Source: Verrucomicrobiaceae bacterium (lineage in GTDB: Bacteria > Verrucomicrobiota > Verrucomicrobiia > Verrucomicrobiales > Akkermansiaceae). From it: a DNA stretch of 64,000 nt. Shown piece after piece: positions 61,504-64,000 of the stretch. The notes beneath the pieces are model-generated. The model made no database searches. It had not been told where the DNA came from and was given only the letters and a program-made list of their open reading frames with translations. How positions within the stretch are numbered: the first letter of the stretch is position 1; each line of letters starts with the position of its first letter. Where the stretch lies: contig JBPOGH010000016.1 in assembly GCA_051252135.1 (NCBI GenBank), positions 41,282-105,281 on the forward strand. The letters are read 5' to 3'. The position numbers and the translations under genes are program-made.

Positions 61504-61791
61504 TTACCGGTATTCTCCGGTGGTGAAGCCCAAAGCGGCAATCTCTTTGTCGGTTGAAGAAGGGAAATCATGGTGGAACGCTCCGCTACAATTCTGACAC
61601 TTCGTAGCTCCGGATATGTCGCCAAGCTCCCGTCCTGGATTCTTGGCTGAAATCTCATAGACGGTCCCGCACTCTGCACAAATCAAGACTACGGTCGAAC
61701 ACGAAGGGCATGTTGAGAATACGAGTTCGCCTTGTTGGCAGTATCCACACCGACTCGTCGCGAGTTCCCATGTTGGCGGTGTGATATTCAT
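61504..61791 (-). CDS. Small Cys-rich (Zn-ribbon-like) protein (cassette gene)
   Basis: Four CxxC pairs; bounded by an attC and a split R' box. Confidence 0.7.
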   Translation of the reverse strand: MNITPPTWELATSRCGYCQQGELVFSTCPSCSTVVLICAECGTVYEISAKNPGRELGDISGATKCQNCSGAFHHDFPSSTDKEIAALGFTTGEYR

Positions 61792-61954
61792 TTCTCAGAC
61801 GAGACCCTATGGCTGCCGATTGAGCCAAGCGTAGCATTTCAGGTCGATTGTTAATTGATTGAAAAGCGGTGCGCTTGGTTCAAATCGTGGGCTATCTCAA
61901 CGAATTGAGACCTATCCAACATCCATTGACTAAAACGAATGAAAACGAACTCAA

Positions 61955-62019
61955 CCGAAGCGAAGCGGAGATAGAGCACCCGGAGGGTGGCCCTGCGAGG
62001 GGTGAGCAACGCGAATCAA
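61955..62019 (+). mobile_element. Mini-element copy E1 (65 bp)
   Basis: CCGAAGCGAAGCGGAGATAGAGCACCCGGAGGGTGGCCCTGCGAGGGGTGAGCAACGCGAATCAA. Confidence 0.8.
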
Positions 62020-62332
62020 CCGCACCTCAGAGACTTTACCTCGGACTCGACGTTCATAAAGCAGAAACCGTCATCGCCATCCTTGAAAATGATCGTGACG
62101 CCGAGCCCCGGCACTACGGCACCATCGCCACCACCCAACATGCCATCGAAAGAGCGATGCGGCGAATCGCCAAGAATCAAAACCGCGAACTCAGCGACCT
62201 CCACGTTTGTTATGAAGCGAGTGGATGCGGCTTTTGGATCGCCCGGCGTCTCCTTCAAATGGGTATCCGGTGCGATGTCATCGCCCCCTCCCTCATTCCC
62301 GTCAAATCCGGTGACCGCATCAAGACAGACAG

Positions 62333-62390
62333 CCGACCGCAGGGAGACAGCCAGCCAAAGGCTGCCCAAAGGGCGAGCAAAGCGAGGCAA
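62333..62390 (+). mobile_element. Mini-element copy E2 (58 bp)
   Basis: CCGACCGCAGGGAGACAGCCAGCCAAAGGCTGCCCAAAGGGCGAGCAAAGCGAGGCAA. Confidence 0.8.
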
Positions 62391-63147
62391 TCGCGATGCC
62401 ATGAAGCTCGCAAAAAACCTCCGCTCCAACGACCTCGTCGCCGTCAACATCCCCGACAGTGTTGACGAGGCCATCCGCGACCTCTGCCGGGCCCGCACCG
62501 ATGCAGTTGACGACCTTCGCCGCGCCAAAGCCCGACTCCTCGCCATGCTTCGTCGTCTCGGTTACAACTACGATGGAAAGACCCACTGGACCGAAGCCCA
62601 CCAACGCTACCTCCGCCACCTCACCCTGCCCGATCCCGCCCACAACCGCGTCCTTGAGGACAACCTCACCACCGTCGACTTTCACCACCAGCGCATCCTC
62701 AGACTTGAAGAAGCAATGCTCCAACTCCTCGACAACTGGCAACGAAAGCCCCTCGTCGAAGCCCTCATGGCCTTCAAAGGCTTCAAGCTCGTCGCCGCCA
62801 TGGTGACCGTTTCGGAGATCGGAACCTTCAGCCGCTTCGAACATCCCAAAAAGCTCATGGCCTTCCTCGGCCTTGTCCCCACTGAAAGCTCCAGCGGCAA
62901 AAAACAAAGCCGCGGTGGAATCAGTAAATGCGGCAACCCCCACGCAAGATGGATCCTCATCGAACAAGCCACCCACTACCGCGTCCCGCCCAAAGTCAGC
63001 GCCCAACTCTCCAAGCGACAAGAAGGCACCCAAAGCTGGATTAAAGAACTCTCCTGGAAGACCCAAACGCGCCTCAGTCACCGCTTCAACACCCTTCGAA
63101 AACGACAACTCCATCACAACAAAATCAAAGTCTCAGTAGCCCGTGAA

Positions 63148-63214
63148 CCGAACGGAGTGAGATAGACTGTCTCGGAGTGACGGCCCGAAGGGTGAGGCCG
63201 GATGGCCGAATCAA
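63148..63214 (+). mobile_element. Mini-element copy E3 (67 bp)
   Basis: CCGAACGGAGTGAGATAGACTGTCTCGGAGTGACGGCCCGAAGGGTGAGGCCGGATGGCCGAATCAA. Confidence 0.82.
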
Positions 63215-63283
63215 CTCACCGCCTTCATCTGGGAACTAGGCACCCGAATCGAAGCGAAGCAAAACGTCGCATCTCAAAACTAA

Positions 63284-63800
63284 ACAACAACCCTCCATCA
63301 TCCTTTTGGCAAAACCCCGGCGTTCCTTGGGGGGCTTTGCCAAAAGAAATCTTCCGTTCTCCAGGAACCATCGTACTTCAAAGAACATCCAGACCCGCCC
63401 ACTGCGTTGCAGTCCGGGATGAACCGAACGGAGTGAGATAGACTGCCGGCAGGCAGCCCGAAGGGTGAAGGCGGGGGCCTTCATCAAAATGCGCCAGCCG
63501 ACTCCAGTCTTCGATAGACGTTCTGGGTTAGGAAAAGTCACCGCCGTTTGATCACGGCACCGACGAAACCGAGCACCCGTGCCGAGACTGAATCAAAGGA
63601 GTCACCCAGGTGAATACAGAAACTGTTGGAAAGGCCTCGAAAGAAGCAACCCACGTATAGCAGCATACCAAGCCGTAGGCGACCTGCTGATCACCACTGA
63701 TCAAACCGCCTCTCATCCCGGACTCCAGCTCATTGAAAGGAGCGGCAAAAACCATCTATCAAAAAGATGAACAAAGAATCATTTTACCCATTGACTAACT
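63284..63800 (+). ncRNA. Probable bridge/seek RNA region of the IS
   Basis: About 500-bp non-coding right end typical of IS1111-type elements; short matches to the predicted donor junction and target. Confidence 0.5.
63424..63487 (+). mobile_element. Mini-element copy E4 (64 bp)
   Basis: CCGAACGGAGTGAGATAGACTGCCGGCAGGCAGCCCGAAGGGTGAAGGCGGGGGCCTTCATCAA; first 22 nt identical to E3. Confidence 0.8.
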
Positions 63801-63812
63801 GGCAGCCATAGC

Positions 63813-63933
63813 AACGTCGAAGTCCTCTCACATCTGCCCGGGGGCGAGGCTTCGACTGCGGGTTGAAGGTTGAATTGTCATGACGGATTGAACTCGCGGC
63901 GGGGCAGGTGTTGAGAGCGACGCCTTGTGTGTG
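63813..63933 (-). other. attC-like site 5 (close relative of site 1; R'' degenerate)
   Basis: AACGTCGAAGTCCTCTCACA... aligns along its whole length with 59576-59696. Confidence 0.7.
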
Positions 63934-64000
63934 CCCAGCATGGGCGCGATCCAAAGGAGGTTCAAGTCCTCCGTTTATAGAATGAACATTGAAGAACAAA

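Larger units (their letters stand above)
61939..63283 (+). pseudogene. IS110 transposase interrupted by three short insertions (384 aa once removed)
   Basis: GLDVHK, CYEASG, KTD/RDA, LGLVP.ESSSG, VARE/LTAFIW motifs lie in different frames, joined exactly at the insertions. Confidence 0.88.
61802..63812 (+). mobile_element. IS110-family (IS1111-type) insertion sequence inserted in an attC site
   Basis: Subterminal 11-bp inverted repeats CTATGGCTGCC (61807-61817) and GGCAGCCATAG (63801-63811); long 3' non-coding region; removal rebuilds GACGAAC-GTCG (R' box). Confidence 0.85.

Noticed and set aside
61869..63165. Programmed ribosomal frameshift between the two IS110 ORFs
   Set aside because: The frame changes coincide exactly with discrete insertions; no slippery site is needed or seen.
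61955..63487. Mini-elements as CRISPR repeats or hammerhead ribozymes
   Set aside because: Spacing is irregular, there are no cas genes, and no CUGANGA/GAAA core is properly placed on either strand.
1..64000. tRNA, rRNA, CRISPR array, prophage, integron integrase
   Set aside because: No supporting motifs seen in this window.

Overview
Bacterial chromosomal window, probably Verrucomicrobiota (inference from PEP-CTERM proteins, sulfatase, PQQ-type propellers, DUF1080). The + strand is extremely C-rich whichever strand a gene lies on; several patches lack this skew and look recently acquired. Core content: a nitrate assimilation cluster (nirA, 4Fe-4S/DmsC-like fusion, molybdopterin nitrate reductase) split by a MarR + arylsulfotransferase pair; transporters and hydrolases; an SF1 helicase; an ankyrin-L,D-transpeptidase; a partial ebo locus with vapBC embedded; an 8-gene lipid-modification operon; a GNAT-PIN-PUA + ASCH island beside a broken IS200-type tnpA; oligoendopeptidase, panE, HDAC-like, recQ; and a candidate sigma-54 small RNA. 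The right end (59.5-64 kb) is an integron-type cassette array with five attC-like sites, two of them hit at the same position by IS1111-type (IS110 family) elements. Most notable: the complete IS carries four copies of a 58-67 bp multi-hairpin element (CCGA...GAGAYAG...CCC-loop-GGGYGA...CAA). Three of them disrupt the transposase, and removing them precisely restores an otherwise intact 384-aa ORF. All alignments and folds were done by eye; no database searches were run.
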